64,000 nt of DNA, from positions 437,625 to 501,624 of the forward strand of contig NMRA01000081.1 of assembly GCA_002633005.1 (NCBI GenBank), read 5' to 3'. The DNA comes from Phoronis australis. Its lineage: Eukaryota > Animalia > Phoronida. Of this stretch, positions 23,515 to 37,219 are shown piece after piece. The position numbers and the translations under genes were made by a program. The notes beneath the pieces were generated by a model that saw only the letters and a program-made list of their open reading frames with translations, did not search any database and was not told where the DNA came from. How positions within the stretch are numbered: the first letter of the stretch is position 1; every line of letters begins with the position of its first letter.

Positions 23515-26500
23515 TTTATTTCTTTTGACAGATTGGAAATAATATGTTATAGACATAATCACAATTAATAGATCTTTTCGGAAGATAATGGGACTTAAGA
23601 AAATTGTTTGCAAGGACTTCAAATCTTATTTTTGAAAGGAGACAACTAGCTTCATGTGAGATAACAATCCCAGTTGTGTCTCAGTTAAGAGCTGGTCTGT
23701 AAACAGTGTGTGTAGGGTATGCTCAATCTACTTACCTTATCACTACTACTACATGCCACACAAGTGAAATGCACCAAATACCTACTTGTAGGATTGCATT
23801 GACCTCTTCAAGAGTGGCATGTCACTTGTGACTTCTAAGCAAGGTCAGGCTGTTATGAACTGTTACATCTACAACATCTCAGTACAGCTTGCTTTGTACA
23901 TCAGGTTTGAAGAACCATCAAGCGGTTTTGAAATATAAGAGTAAACAGGTATCTGAATTTCGTCTAGGAGAATACCTTGCTTTCCACTGTCATTCTATTC
24001 TGAGAGCTTGGACCACAAGCATAATTCTGGAAAGGGAAGTTACTTCGAAAAGAGGACTTATTTGCAAGGATTTTCCGTGAAAAAGTCAGTTAATTGTGGG
24101 GTTAGGTTCCAGAAACACTAATTTTACAAACCTAACCTTTCCTAGTAATTCTTAGATAGCTGAATTTTAAACCCATTAAGCCTAAGATAAGATACCATAT
24201 CCTGAAAAATGAGTACATTGTTGCAACAAATATTTTAAAATAAAAAGTGAACTTGTTTGTTTATCTTAACCTGTCTCTGTCCTTTCTGCACTTCCCTGGA
24301 TTTGTCTAGTTGTGCATTTCTTGCTTTTTTGTGTAAATGTTAGGTTTTTCCTGGACAAGAATTTGATCTTTTGACAAAAATGTAGATTTCACGATTTAGT
24401 ACCAAAGTTTATTTATATTTTGAATTTTGTTTTCTTTGCAAGAATGTTGGTCCTATCTGTGCACCAATACTAGCGCATCCTTGAGTGTTTACTTTATTAA
24501 GGGTGGTGTTAGCTCAGCTCATTAGCCAGGTGATGGTGATAGGCTCTGACCTTCATTGGAACTGAAAAGGAAATCATTTGGGCTCTAATCTGGGCATTGT
24601 GGCTCAGCTGCGGTGGTCTTTTAACAGTACATTTTTAGATCAGTTCAATAGTTTATGTGACAATGACGTCAGGTTGTTATAGGATTCATTTAGTTTTTGT
24701 AGATCTTCATTGTTGTGTATTTGATGTTTATTGAGTAGTATTGACCAGAATGATCCTGGTGCTGGTATTGATTCAATGGCAATGATACTATTAAGGACAG
24801 TCTGCTGAAATCACTATTATTTACAATACTGCTTTGAGACTATTTAAAGCAAGTGTATTGTTGTCCATTTCCTATCCTAAAATAACTTCTGAATGAGTTA
24901 CTATCGTGCTCTAGAGTATTCTGTTCTTTCTAAAGATAAAAATTCATTGAATAATGGAGTTCTATATATTTCTGTTGGTGCTTGAATTGTAGAAAGGCTA
25001 GGTGATGTTCTTTACTGTGACACTACAAATTATTATGCTTTCCTTAACATTTTGGGTCTTTGTCAATAATTTTGATACTTGGGTCATAAAGAAATGCTTG
25101 CAAATTGATGGTGTCTAAAACCATGGGAATACTTCCCTCTGGAAAAGAGCGGTTTTGTCAATTCACCCAGAATGCATATTCTATGTTTTATGACTCGTTT
25201 TTATCCCAAAACAAAGTTGAGGAATTGTCTACTTCACAGATGAATGAACTTGCTATTGTAAATGATGAATAAAACTGAAACGTCCTCTCTGAGAAAAAAA
25301 TTTCTGTCCGTTTTCGATTCCAATTTTGTAGGTAGTATTTTATTGCGTGATTTTGTCTGCTACCTCAGTGCGTTTTGAGGTTGACTGCATTTTTTAATTT
25401 CTTGAAGGGCATAAATCACAATTGGAATCTGTATTTTCACAGACCCCATATCACTAACACTGTTGTTTTAGTCAACGGTATTAGTTTTGATCAGCTGCTC
25501 TGCATTGTGGTTGTGTTAGAACTGAATCTGTATGTAATGTTTATTGTTCATGGCAACATTAGAAAATGGGCCCCCACAGTACCTTGTACTTCATTAATAG
25601 ATATTTGCATGTCTAATTGTTTTTAGAAGCCCACTTATCAGGAACATTCACTTTTGTATGCAGTATTGCAGTGACCACATTCGCCATTGACTTCCAGGCA
25701 ATAAAACACTCTGACCAAAAGAAATTGACATATCGTAGATTAAAACTGGTGGTTGAATTTGTCTGGTCTGTCCTGAAATTCCTCAAATAAGCACTTAAGT
25801 TTATAACACCAACTTATTTTCAAGTAGATCCCACAATTGCTGGATCTCATTATTTTTTGCAAAACCCATGGAGAAATTTGACGTCTGTGTTGTTGTCAAG
25901 GAAACAAAAACATATATCCTTCTTGTATTATTTACACAAGTCAGTCCAGCATCCCAACTGGGAATTCCCATATGCCAATAATGTGATGTTCTGAAAGGCA
26001 AAAATACAGGTAAATTTGCTGACAAATTACATTTTTGTGTTTAGGAGTCCCTTGGGTAGTTTTTTTTGGGATCTTATGGGACCACTTTTCTCCTCTCCAA
26101 AGCTTGATGCTTACCATAACGTCAACTCACTAAATACCACGTGACAAAATTCCCAGGTCGTCAAGTGGGAAATGAGTTGGCCAAAACGAGGAAAGGCGAA
26201 AGTCCTCAGTGTTGGTTTACACCAGGGTGCGTTCGATATCATAAAGGCAAAATTATTCGAGACTAACAAGGATATACCTTGATTGTTTCTGTGGGAAGGC
26301 ATCCACCTCTTGTTAAAGTAAAACCTGGAGGGATTTACTTTTGTTTGTACGACCGTAGTCCTGAATTGTGCTGATGAGTGAATATTTTTACTTTATTTCA
26401 TATTCAGTGTGCAATAAGTGATTTTTCTTTGTGTTTTGTACATTTCTTTTGAAACACCACCCATTTTCCTCAAAATGAGAAGTTAAAGTTTAATTTGGCG

Positions 26501-26811
26501 AGAAGTTATGTAAATAGTGAGAATGTTGAGCTGTGGTAACATTGTGTGCTGTTGATGTTGAATGTAAATCAGGGTCTGACATATTGGTGCTTAACTTGAA
26601 ACCAGCATGCTGTAGGGTAATACAGGCACACTTTGAAGTAGCCCATGAATCATGTTTATTCAAATACCATTAAAAATAAATAAATATAGGTTTTTGCTTC
26701 TTGTCTATCGATTTTACAACCTGGCTCAATTGTTTTTGAATATGATATGTGGCTGGAATTTTAATCAAAACATGTTGTGTATCACCTAAAAGTGTTTTTA
26801 TCCAACTGAGG

Positions 26812-27623
26812 CCAATATCATGTTAATACAACTCACTACTCCTGCAGACCAATATCATGTTAATAGAACTCACTACTCCTGCAGACCAATATAATGTTAT
26901 TACAACTCACTACTTCTACAGACCGATATCATGTTAACACAACTCACTACACCTGCAGACCAATATCATGTTAATACAACTCACTACTCTTGCAGACCAA
27001 TATCATGTTAATACAACTTACTACTCCTGCAGACCAATATAATGTTAATACAACTCGCTACTCTTGCAGACCAATATCATGTTAATACAACTCACTACTC
27101 TTGCAGACCAATATAATGTTAATACAACTCGCTACTCTTGCAGACCAATATCATGTTAATACAACTTACTACTTCTGCAGACCAATATAATGTTAATACA
27201 ACTCACTACTCTTGCAGACCAATATCATGTTAATACAACTCACTACTCTTGCAGACCAATATCATGTTAATACAACTCACTACTCTTGCTGACCAATATC
27301 ATGTTAATACAACTCGCTACTCTTGCAGACCAATATAATGTTAATACAACTCGCTACTCTTGCAGACCAATATCATGTTAATACTACTCACTACTCCTGC
27401 AGACCGATATCTTGTTAACACAACTCAGTACACCAGGTGCAGACCAATATCATATTAATACAACTCACTACTCTTGCAGATCAATATCATAATACAACTC
27501 ACTACTCCTGCAGACCAATATCATATTACAACTCACTACTCCTACAGACCGATATCATCTTAATACAACTCATTATTCCAGCAGACTAATATCCTGTTAA
27601 TACAACTCAAGGCTCCTGCTGAC
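26812..27623 (+). repeat. 37-bp minisatellite, about 21-22 units
   Basis: GACCAATATCATGTTAATACAACTCACTACTCTTGCA units, more diverged at the right edge. Confidence 0.95.
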
Positions 27624-30496
27624 AAATGGTAGTAACTAGTAAGTGTGAAATAATGGTAAATAAGTTCATTAAGAATTTTTTTTCACTCATTGTGACTTAT
27701 ATGAACATGTGTAGAAGTTACTGGTCCTGCTGAAGTCATGCAATGTCTTGCCTACACTGCCTTTTATCATAATCCTTATCTGTTTTGATACCATTAATAA
27801 GATTGCAAATGTGTGATGCCATGTTCACACTGAGTTAAAAGGTTACTACCTCTTGCTAAACCACCCTCACCTGACTGGGAGGGTTGCAACCATGCTACAG
27901 ATACATCTTTAAAAACGATTTAGTCTTCTTCATCGTCGTTTTAGCATTTTCACTTGCAGACGACAATCGGCAGCACCTACACGAGATCTCTCTGTGAAGC
28001 GAGAAATCGCCATTACCAAGAATGCTGACCCCCCACACAGTTAAACATTTCGTTGCGGTAAAAGATTGATTTCAGGGGAAATGTTGGACATGAAATGGAA
28101 CATTCGCTTGCTATTTTTAAGACCCGGAATGTTGTTTGCAGCACGACTTGATTCGACCTGACTGAGTCGACATGCGAGTAGGTTTCCCGAAATTAATTTA
28201 TATTGTCAAGTTGTGGAAGCATTTGCCAATTTGGGGAATAAACTTAGTTCTACTATCACCAGTGCCGCTCAGAATTGGCCAATGGCGAGCTGGCAAGCTG
28301 CTAGCATAAGCCTAGCCTTTGGTGCAAATGTATCAGATTTGCAGACTTCCTACAGGTATTTACAGTTACATGACTTTTCGTTCTGTTTGACTGTTCTAAG
28401 GTCATTTCTACCAAATGGCCTCAACCTGTGATCATGTGCAGGATGACTGCTGTGTGGTATGAGCATGCCTCCCATAAAGATGGTATTATTAAGACTGTGC
28501 AGCATTTTTGATGTGTGGTACCTGAGTTCACAGCACTGTCAATTTTGTTATTCAATTCCATGATGTGTGGTAAATACTGTTGAACAACAGTCAGATAGAG
28601 GCAGTGAAAGTTTTACAATGTTCAATTTATTTGTATTGTAGTGTGCTGGCGGACAAAATGGTGATTACTGTAAAATCTCACCAATTTAGGACACAATATA
28701 GCCGACAAGTGAAATTTTATGTTTTCATTTTTTAAATAAAACATAAGTAGCACCAGGAAGAGATAACCAGGAAGGGACAACTGTTTTAGCGCATTTTAAC
28801 GTGTTTTCAAAAGTGATTTCAAAAGTAAATGTTAAAGTCGTCTGAAATCCAAGCATTGTGTTTGAAAGCTTAACTCTTTAGCTATAAAATGACACCACTT
28901 TGGTCCCCAAAGACTGCATATTAATGGCACCAGGATGCTTTGAATATGACTTGTTTTACCCTTCCAAAAGATGCTCTTCCCAGGCATGTACTCGGGCATG
29001 ATCCTCTTTTTTGAACCACTAATATATGCAAATGAGGCTCGCATGTCCTACGTCATATGACGTCATACGACGCGAACTTCCAATTTGAACCCCCGGGTGC
29101 CTATCATGAGTGAATGACTTAATGAAACGCAGTTCTACCTGATTGGGCAGATCTAAGAAAATTAAGAACTCACACAAGTCAATGTTCAAAGAACATTGAA
29201 TGGTTTCACGTGAAAATACATTTAATTGTATTTGGATATGCTTGCATGTGTGTAAGCGTGGACTTTGTCATTTTGCTTAAATCCAGATTTAGAAGCAGGA
29301 ACGGACAAGAAATTAGCTGCTCCCGCCACGGTGGCCGGTGTCGTGGCGTCCGAGTCGCCGGGAAGTCTGATCCATGCATGCGCAATTCGACGAACTAATG
29401 CTAGTCGATCGCTAGTCAGCTCCGCTATGATTCATTTAAATTGAGACGTGCGGCTTAACTCGAACCTAGGCTGGCTCCGAGGTCGTTTTGTTTGACCCAG
29501 TTTCAGGAAAAGTTCACTTTAATACGGTCATTTCCTGATGATTTTTTGAAAGATATGATCCCGAAATCCTCGGCCTATAGAGCTGTATCAAAATTCCTTG
29601 TTGAAACACGGTTACTGGTCCAGCTTCTGACAGGCGGCTGGGGAAAATGCGATGGAACGCGTGTCCCAAAAATGCACACACTTCAACCCCTGCAGTTCAA
29701 GTTCTTTTCCGGTCTATCACTGTGCGCGGATTCTACGCGGGCAGCCTACTGCATGACTACACCTTATTTTTAACGTGGGTGCGTCACTGAGTCACGACGT
29801 GTCCAGCCTTTGCAGTATGCACGGGAATGTCAAACAAACGATTCGGTTTAGAAGAACCTAAATTCATTGCACAATATTACTGGGAACTACACGCATCAAG
29901 GAAATGCAAAGACAATCTTTCCAAATTTATGAGCAATGACTTGAACTTCTTTTTCTATCTACAGTTTGTAAATTTTTGAATTTCTTTAGTCTAGTTATTA
30001 ATTCAATACATTCATGAATATCACTGTTATCGTTTAGTGTCCTTCTTTGCGATATGGTGGTCTGATGATGATCGAATTTTTGCAAGTCAGCCTTCAGCCT
30101 TCAACTAAGTTCAGTGACGCATCGCCATTTCTTACAAGACAGCTTCTGTACTGTGCACGAATGTTTTGTGTTTTTGATGAATTTGGAATCTCAACTTCCC
30201 CTCGTGAGTAGTTAGCAGTGTCATGTCGGAGGTGCATAGAGGGCACAGCACTGAAAAAAGTGGGGGCTAAAGCCCCCCTGTAGTGCACCGCCTATGGACC
30301 ACTGAAAAACTTGGACTGAATTAAAGGAGAATGCCACCCGATTTAATTTGTATTTTTGCCGTCTTAATCGGTCTATATCCACATCGCCTCGCACACGGTC
30401 GACCTTACCTTACCAAGAGGTGTCGCGTTAACATGTGAGGAAGGTGAGAAATGACGCTAGCGACGTCAGTGGTTCATCTGCAGAGTGAATGCTGCT

Positions 30497-30676
30497 ATGT
30501 TGCGGTGCATCGTTCCCGCTTGTGCGAACTATGCAGCTGCGAGGAAAGCGGGTATATCGTTTTTTCGACTTCCTCGAGAGTCCGAAATGTTTAGGAAGTG
30601 GATCGCAGTAGTGAAGAATGAAAAGTGCGCTGTAAATAGCAAGTATGAGGCCGTGGAACATCTCCGTATCTGTGGC
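30497..30676 (+). pseudogene. Truncated THAP domain (MLRCIVPAC...FFRLP...KWIAVV...LRICG)
   Basis: Homologous to the ORF at 1579; breaks before the zinc-binding His. Confidence 0.75.
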
Positions 30677-30714
30677 CTGCAGTCGTCGACAGCCGCGTGA
30701 GTACCTGACGAATG

Positions 30715-30900
30715 CCATCTTGCCAAATAACTATCCCTATGTTCCGTTGTCTGAGATTGTTCCCGAAGCCTCTTTAGTATTTCTTCATCACTGTATTCCT
30801 GTTCGAACTGATAGCCTGTGAAACCTAACGATCCACCTGCGAAGTCTTCGTCGGGACTGATGAGCTCTCGTCTAAGTCGCGGGGGATTGCGAGTTGCCAT
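30715..30900 (-). pseudogene. 5' remnant of KolX-like gene (MATRNP...GFTGYQFEQEYSDEEILKRLRE)
   Basis: Homologous to the minus-strand remnant in copy 1; Y.FE[PQ] motif. Confidence 0.6.
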
Positions 30901-31264
30901 GTTGATGTTTATTACTGAGTGTTCTGTATCAAAATGAATTATTCTCACCCTAACCAATACGTATATAAAACTGAAACAAAGTCTGTCTCATTAGATGCAA
31001 TTTGTAATGCCTTTGGAGTGTTCCTGAGTGCAAATGATTTGAGAAGCCAGCAATGAATAAATCACTGCGTTACCGGCTTTAGGTGCAATAAAACTAATTG
31101 ACGGGACACCGAGGCCATGTGAGCTCATGGTAATTTAGAGTTTGATGGCAGAAATTGTTGTGAAAACAACTCGATTTCCATCCCACGGCCAGGTGTTAGG
31201 GGAATCTTTATTCATGTTTACATTATTCAAATAATGATTGTCAATGTACAACTTCTGCCCTGAC

Positions 31265-31508
31265 CATGCGTGCACCCAGGGGGGCTCGGGGGCTCGAACG
31301 AGGGCAAAGTGGCGAAGTGGGCAAAAAGGTCCGCCTCTGGGAAACAAAAAAGTCCGAGAAAATGAGACTAAAGTCCTCTAAATAAGCACAATCGCGCAAT
31401 TCACAGTGGTGCCCCCGTTTTTTTTAGCTCACCCGCTTTTTTGTTACCAAAAGGTCAGCAACGTCAGAAATTCGAGCCCTCCCATATTGAAGGCTGGGTG
31501 TGCGCATG
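31265..31508. mobile_element. 244-bp GC-rich MITE with 15-bp TIRs and 5-bp TSD
   Basis: CATGCGTGCACCCAG / CTGGGTGTGCGCATG; CTGAC on both sides; the empty site is visible in copy 1 near 2490. Confidence 0.85.
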
Positions 31509-34500
31509 CTGACGGTGCTGTGGACAAAACGGACCTGAATTCGCGTCCCCGCAGTTTCGTGGCCTATGCTGCAAAAACGGAGACCCTAACAACAATTGTC
31601 CTGGTCAGAGCCCTCAAATGGTAAACAATGCACTGATACCGAGTTGTCAAAGTTCTCTTGAGTTTTCTCTCTGATCAGTATTCGAAGTCTTTCTTTATCC
31701 ACTCAAGCGCTCGACAACAACTGACGAGAGTCTCAGAACTCCCACATGCAAATTTGATATGCAAATGAGGGAGTACTTGACTACTGCGCCATCTATACAT
31801 CGACGGAAAAGCTTAAATACCCTTGACTGCGTGTGGGAAGTTGCGATTGCGTCCGCTGAAGTCGATATTTTCAAAGTACAATTACACCACTGTTTAAGGT
31901 TGAAAAGTGAGTGTTTTGATACCCTTCTATAGAAAAAGCTTTAATCTCTCTGATAAAATCATACGTTTCCTTTTAAACGAAACTTAAGTCCTGAAATTAG
32001 TACGGGGAAGGAGGCCAAAAACGACGGTTTTGCTAGTTGTCCCTTCCTGGTTATCTCTTCCTGGTAGCACCAAATAGCTGCTATACCACTTTAAATGTCT
32101 AAGCCACAGCTACCTTCAGACAATGTTTCCAGCAACTGTGGACATTCAAAACAATATTAAAAGCGTCTAAAAAATGAAAAAAGACCAATTTTGACTATTA
32201 TTTTCATCCAAAATTGGTGAGATTGTACCGTAGGTGTTCTGCCAAGGATATGGAATTTGTTATGAAAAATTGTTGCAGATTTGTACTACTTTCGAAGAGT
32301 TGTTAGGTGTCTGAAGCCTGTAACAACTAGATGTCTTGGTATCCTCATTTTTTCCCAACTTATGTTGAAATTTTCACCTGCATCTTGAATACAATTACTC
32401 CATAAAACCAGGTTAACTGTAATGAAGAATTGTTAGCATAGTGTGCTAAAAGTTACCAGTTGGTTGTGTGTTTCACAATCTACGGTACATGGTCATTCAA
32501 TTTTTAAATTTCCTAAACATATTCGTTACTGGACAGTAAGTGTTTTCAAACTGTTATAGGGATAAAAGGTTAAATGGTTATCTGTAACTCTGTATTCTTT
32601 TAGTTAACTGATATGAGTGAACCGTCTAATATGTGATTTTTAAAGTGGACATAAATCCGTGGTCTGTCCAAAAAGTGAACTGTTGATTTTGACCATTTGC
32701 CTGTAGAAAATTGGTCTTGGCTTGTTCCCTGCTATGATGAGAAATGGTTTCTCAGTTTGCAAAGAATTAACATTACTTTTTGAGGCCATGACAAGTTCAA
32801 TGTTTAGAGCCTGATCGAACTGTCAAACTACCTGAAATCTCTCCAAATTGGCCAATAAACATTTACAGACCAATTTCGTAATGCTAAACAGTCTTAATCA
32901 AAAGCTGTTTTTGCCAGTTGATGTCTGCTTCTAAAGCGAAAACATTGTTGTAAACTATACACATCGAACAAGAAAATGAAAACACCTACCGTGGTTTTGT
33001 CTTTCTCTGTACATCTGAACTTGTGTAAAAGACGCCATGGCCGTGCGAAACACTAGTCAATATTGTTTTAGAATTTTGTAAAAAAACAAGCAACCTAGAA
33101 TTAACCTTTTACTCAGTTTTTCTTTACTTTGTGCTGGCCAGAGCTACCAGGATACTGCCTCACCTGAGGGTAAACGTGCCTCTGGCTTCTGGTTGAAGGG
33201 AAAATCTCCCCTCATTGGAAATGCCTTAAGTAGCGTAAACTATCCTTTCTACAGAAGTGATTCTAACCTTCAGGGTAATTTTTTAATCCTTGGAGTGGAA
33301 TTTTTTGAGCCTGGTGAGTAATGACGTCAATATTTGGCCCCAAAATTAAGACATTGAAGCCCTAACAGGCTGACAGCCCTTTTATAAGCAAAAGTGGGAG
33401 CTACATTAGTGCCTTTAGGACAAGTGGCTGTGTTCATGCAGGACACTGCAGGAACTCAACTGTAGTGGCACTGGGAGAAATATTGAATCTCGAAGTGCAC
33501 CTGAAACACAAGTCATCATCAAACAGGCTGCCTAAGAGCAGTCAAAATTAGAAGGGTTGTTTTGTCCAAAATCTGTTCAACAGTCATGGGTTGTTTATCT
33601 TCTACTGTGTCAATGTTTGAGAAGAAGGTCCATGATAATGTCACCACACAATGTTATGATGAAGGGTGTTTTACCATGACCCATAATAATACTATAGTAA
33701 AATCTCACTAACTACACAGAAATAATTGTCAAAAGTACCATTATTTGTTTTTCAAGGTCTTCTAAACTTTATTGTGAATGGCCAAAATATTTTCTGATGG
33801 TAACTATTGTATAGAACATGGTAAAACATTTATTGGATGCTACTTATCTCTTATGAAAAAACGCGGAAATAAAATGACGTGTGTCGGCCATATTGTGTCC
33901 CAAATTGGGAGATTTTATCGCAATAACTGTATGTTTGTTATAAGGGGTTCCATTGCACCCATTATCATTTAGTTGTTCGCTTTTTAGCTTGAGCTGTGAC
34001 CAGATGACAGGTTTTAAAATTGTGTACATAATAAGAAATATTACTTTCAACATTTCAATGTCCACCTAAACATGAAATTTGTCTTGGAATTCTGTGAGTA
34101 ATGTGCATGCCCACTTTCAGTTGGCTTAATTTTCTAAAGCCTTTGAATAACTTGTGATCATTTTTCTAAGCTCTAGATTCTTCTCAAAGTCTTTTCAAAA
34201 CCTAAATTGTATTATTTTTCTACCGTGCATGAGTATTTTTTCTATGAAAAGTCCTGGCCTGAATAAATCACTCACAAATATAGAATATTGAACATGGCTA
34301 AAGTGGTGACTTATTTTTGTGTAACATGAAAATCCTACAACAATATTTTAAAATTTTTGCATTGAAAGTTTTTAAATACCCTATCTGAATAGTTAGTGAA
34401 AAGAATGTGTGATTAGGTTTTTGAATTTTGAAAATCAGAAAAGAAATGAATGTAACTTTTACAACCTAAACCGTTTGTATAATGTTATGCTCCTCATCAA

Positions 34501-35412
34501 TTCTAGTGATGGGTAACATAGTTGGACCAATTACCAAACCATCAGGCAGCAGTAGGATTTTGAGGTTTAAGCCAATTGACATCGTACAGTTCTTGACACA
34601 ACTTTGGCAATGACACCAGGAAAGCCTGTTTGAGGGTATCTGTTAAATTGCGTGAAACCCTGAGCTTGACCTTTGTTGAACAATTTGATCAATAATCCTA
34701 TGTATCTAATGCCATAAGTGAAGTTCCGGCCTATTGCAACTCCATCACTACTCCATCTCACCTCCCCCTACATTTCCCACTAACTCTCTTCCTGTAAGGA
34801 CAATAGTTTCAGGGATTAAACACCCGATGTTATAGTGGTAATTTACTTTCAAGGTTGAATGTTGAGCCTTTAGCAATTACTTCAGTGGGGAGTTAACCTT
34901 TCCCATTGCAGGGGAGTTGCCCAGTTTAATCTACTTATTTTGAGAGGAGTTGAAATGGGTGTTGAATTCTGGCAAATACATTTTTCCAATAACCAAAACA
35001 CTGCAAAACAGAGGAGTTCCGGTGTTGACGGGACATGAAACTGAATTTGTGTACTGTTTGGGTCCTGTTTCTTGGAAAATCTAAAGCCAAAAATTGGCTT
35101 TGGCTTTTAATCTGCTGAACAAGCTATGGATTTAAATCTTTATGCTTGGAGCTGTTGACAGGTTTTCTGACTTTATAGCCTAATGTCATAGAACAGGCTG
35201 AGCCATCCATAGTCTGATTTTTATCCAAAAGTCAAAAGACAATAGAGTCCTTCAAGACACAGTCCCCCTCAACAGCTGTTCTTATTTCATCCTCACCTTT
35301 GTATGTACATGAATTGCAACCATTAGAAATTACTGCCTTTCTTTTTCGGGAATCCGGCATTTCGGGGTTTGTTAGAGGTTTGTTTTAATTCGTGTGTAGT
35401 TTGTCCGAGCTA

Positions 35413-35664
35413 TAGTAAAATCTCACCAATTTAGGACACAATATGGTGGACAGATGGAGTTCCTCATTTGTTTCATATAAATTTTTTTATGTGATACAAC
35501 ACCAAAATGATGCTTTGCCATATTCGAGGTCTGTACCATAGCTGTACCAGCCGACAATATTTTGAATAGTTGCGATTATTCTCAACAATGTTTGAACCCC
35601 TTTAAAAAATGAAGAAAATGTTATTTGGCCATTATTTTTGTCGGAAGTAGGTGAGATTTTACCA
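35413..35664. mobile_element. Intact copy of the TA-flanked MITE family
   Basis: TA-TAGTAAAATCTCACCAATTT...GGTGAGATTTTACCA-TA. Confidence 0.75.
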
Positions 35665-37219
35665 TACTGGAAAAACACACAATGTTCGCACGTACCGCAG
35701 ATAAAACCATCAGAAGTAGTTTATGACATGTTCACTTTCTGGCTTCTGAACAAGCACTCTAGAAAGGAAGGATCTCCTGTGGACACCTGCGGGTTCCATA
35801 TCACACCTGGGTAGCTTCAGACCTTGATGTTAAGTTAATGAGTACAAATATCCTGAAGGTGATGTCCGGTGCAACCCTTAATTACAATACATATACTGAT
35901 AAATTCAGAAATGTGTTGACAGTGGTATTCTCTAACCATTATAACATGGCATCCTAAGAATAGGAGACCCCATGCTGTGAGATCACAGGTTTGGGTTGTG
36001 GAAGTTACCTAAGTCTATTTGTAATTGGCATTTGACTTTGAGCTGCAGCTGTCTGGTCAGTATTGATTGACACGGACTTGAAGATGTTTTTGCATGTTTT
36101 TTTGGCAATCGCAATTTACTACATTAGCACCTTGCCACCATATGAGGAGCAATTCTCAGAAGGGTACATAAAAATATTCCACAATATGAAGGAAACTGTT
36201 TTACTGGAGAATTAAAGAGTTTTTTCTGAATCCCACCATTTCTTTTGCAAGGCACAGTTAAGAAAAGAAAATGCCACAGTTCACAGCTGTATCTTGCTCC
36301 TCTGTCAGGAACACTTCTGTTTTGACCACTGCGTCCAGTGTTCAAGTTGGTAACAACTTCCACAGTACAAAAATATTGGTAATTTATTGTTCTCTGACTA
36401 AGAGCCAAGTGCAGCACTTTTCTAAACTTCTACGCTTTTCAAAACAATGTTTGAGTTTCCCGAAATAAAAAGCCACTGACCACCGATTCCAGTGAAGCAA
36501 TTTCCTGGTGCATATGTTAGTTTTTTTGCATAAAGTTTCGGACACCCAAGGATAATTTTAGGAGTGCACCCCACATCATTGGTGCAAAAATAAGTTCATT
36601 GACGCACTACTTAACTCTGGCCAACAGGCCCATTAAAATTGGAAGTGAAAAAGGATGGCAGAGATTTCGATAGTTTATCTAGGTCCTGAACATTAAATGT
36701 CCTTAGTGTCAAGGACATTTAGTAAATCAGCTGAACAAAATTCGCCTTTGGAGTATGGCCACCAGATTTTGGCCCATATTGATTGGCGATAGAGAAAGCA
36801 TACAATTTCTGAATGGAGTGGTTCTTTGCCTTGAATCTTCAAGTTTGCGACAAACATGATGGGCAAAGGGAGCAAATTATGTCTATTATTCCCTGAAATG
36901 AATCTGAACTCCAGTAAAATCAACCAGACATGAAAATATGAGACCCAGTCTGATGGCTAACGCCGCCTAACCAAAATCTCTTTCTTAGGTCCTCTAACTT
37001 GGCCCATACACTTGAGGCCATGTGGGTCAATTCAGGGATACCCACGTTTTGATAAAATGATCCATGGACACCCTGTATTCTACAAAATGGGGACCTACGT
37101 TGGACATAGATTTGCTTTCTGTAGGAGTCGTGAATGGCAAGAGCTTGTTAAAAAATATTTGTAAACCCTCATCCTGTGCCATTTTTAGATAACATTATCA
37201 TAGAAAGTGTATAAGACAT

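Larger units (their letters stand above)
30325..31563 (+). mobile_element. Kolobok-type element copy 2 (right end missing)
   Basis: TTAA+AGGAGAATGCCACCCGATTTAATT; collinear similarity to 1407-2568. Confidence 0.85.
28754..32063. mobile_element. 3.3-kb non-autonomous DNA transposon with perfect ~29-bp TIRs and 7-bp TSD (P- or hAT-like)
   Basis: CAGGAAGAGATAACCAGGAAGGGACAACT and its exact reverse complement; GTAGCAC at 28747-28753 and 32064-32070. Confidence 0.85.
28668..32230. mobile_element. ~250-bp TA-flanked MITE (Tc1/mariner/pogo-like) split by a 3.3-kb insertion
   Basis: TIRs CTGTAAAATCTCACCAATTT / AAATTGGTGAGATTGTACCG with TA flanks; the joined halves align with the intact copy at 35413-35664. 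Confidence 0.75.

Noticed and set aside
26812-27623. CRISPR-like appearance of the 30-43 bp arrays (also 1151, 12795, 23357, 49944)
   Set aside because: Units are head-to-tail with no unique spacers, there are no cas genes, and the context is eukaryotic intron; these are minisatellites
30222-30296. Tiny degenerate hairpin/MITE (ggaggtgca...tgcaccgcctatg) beside Kolobok copy 2
   Set aside because: Inverted repeat is imperfect and no TSD could be resolved
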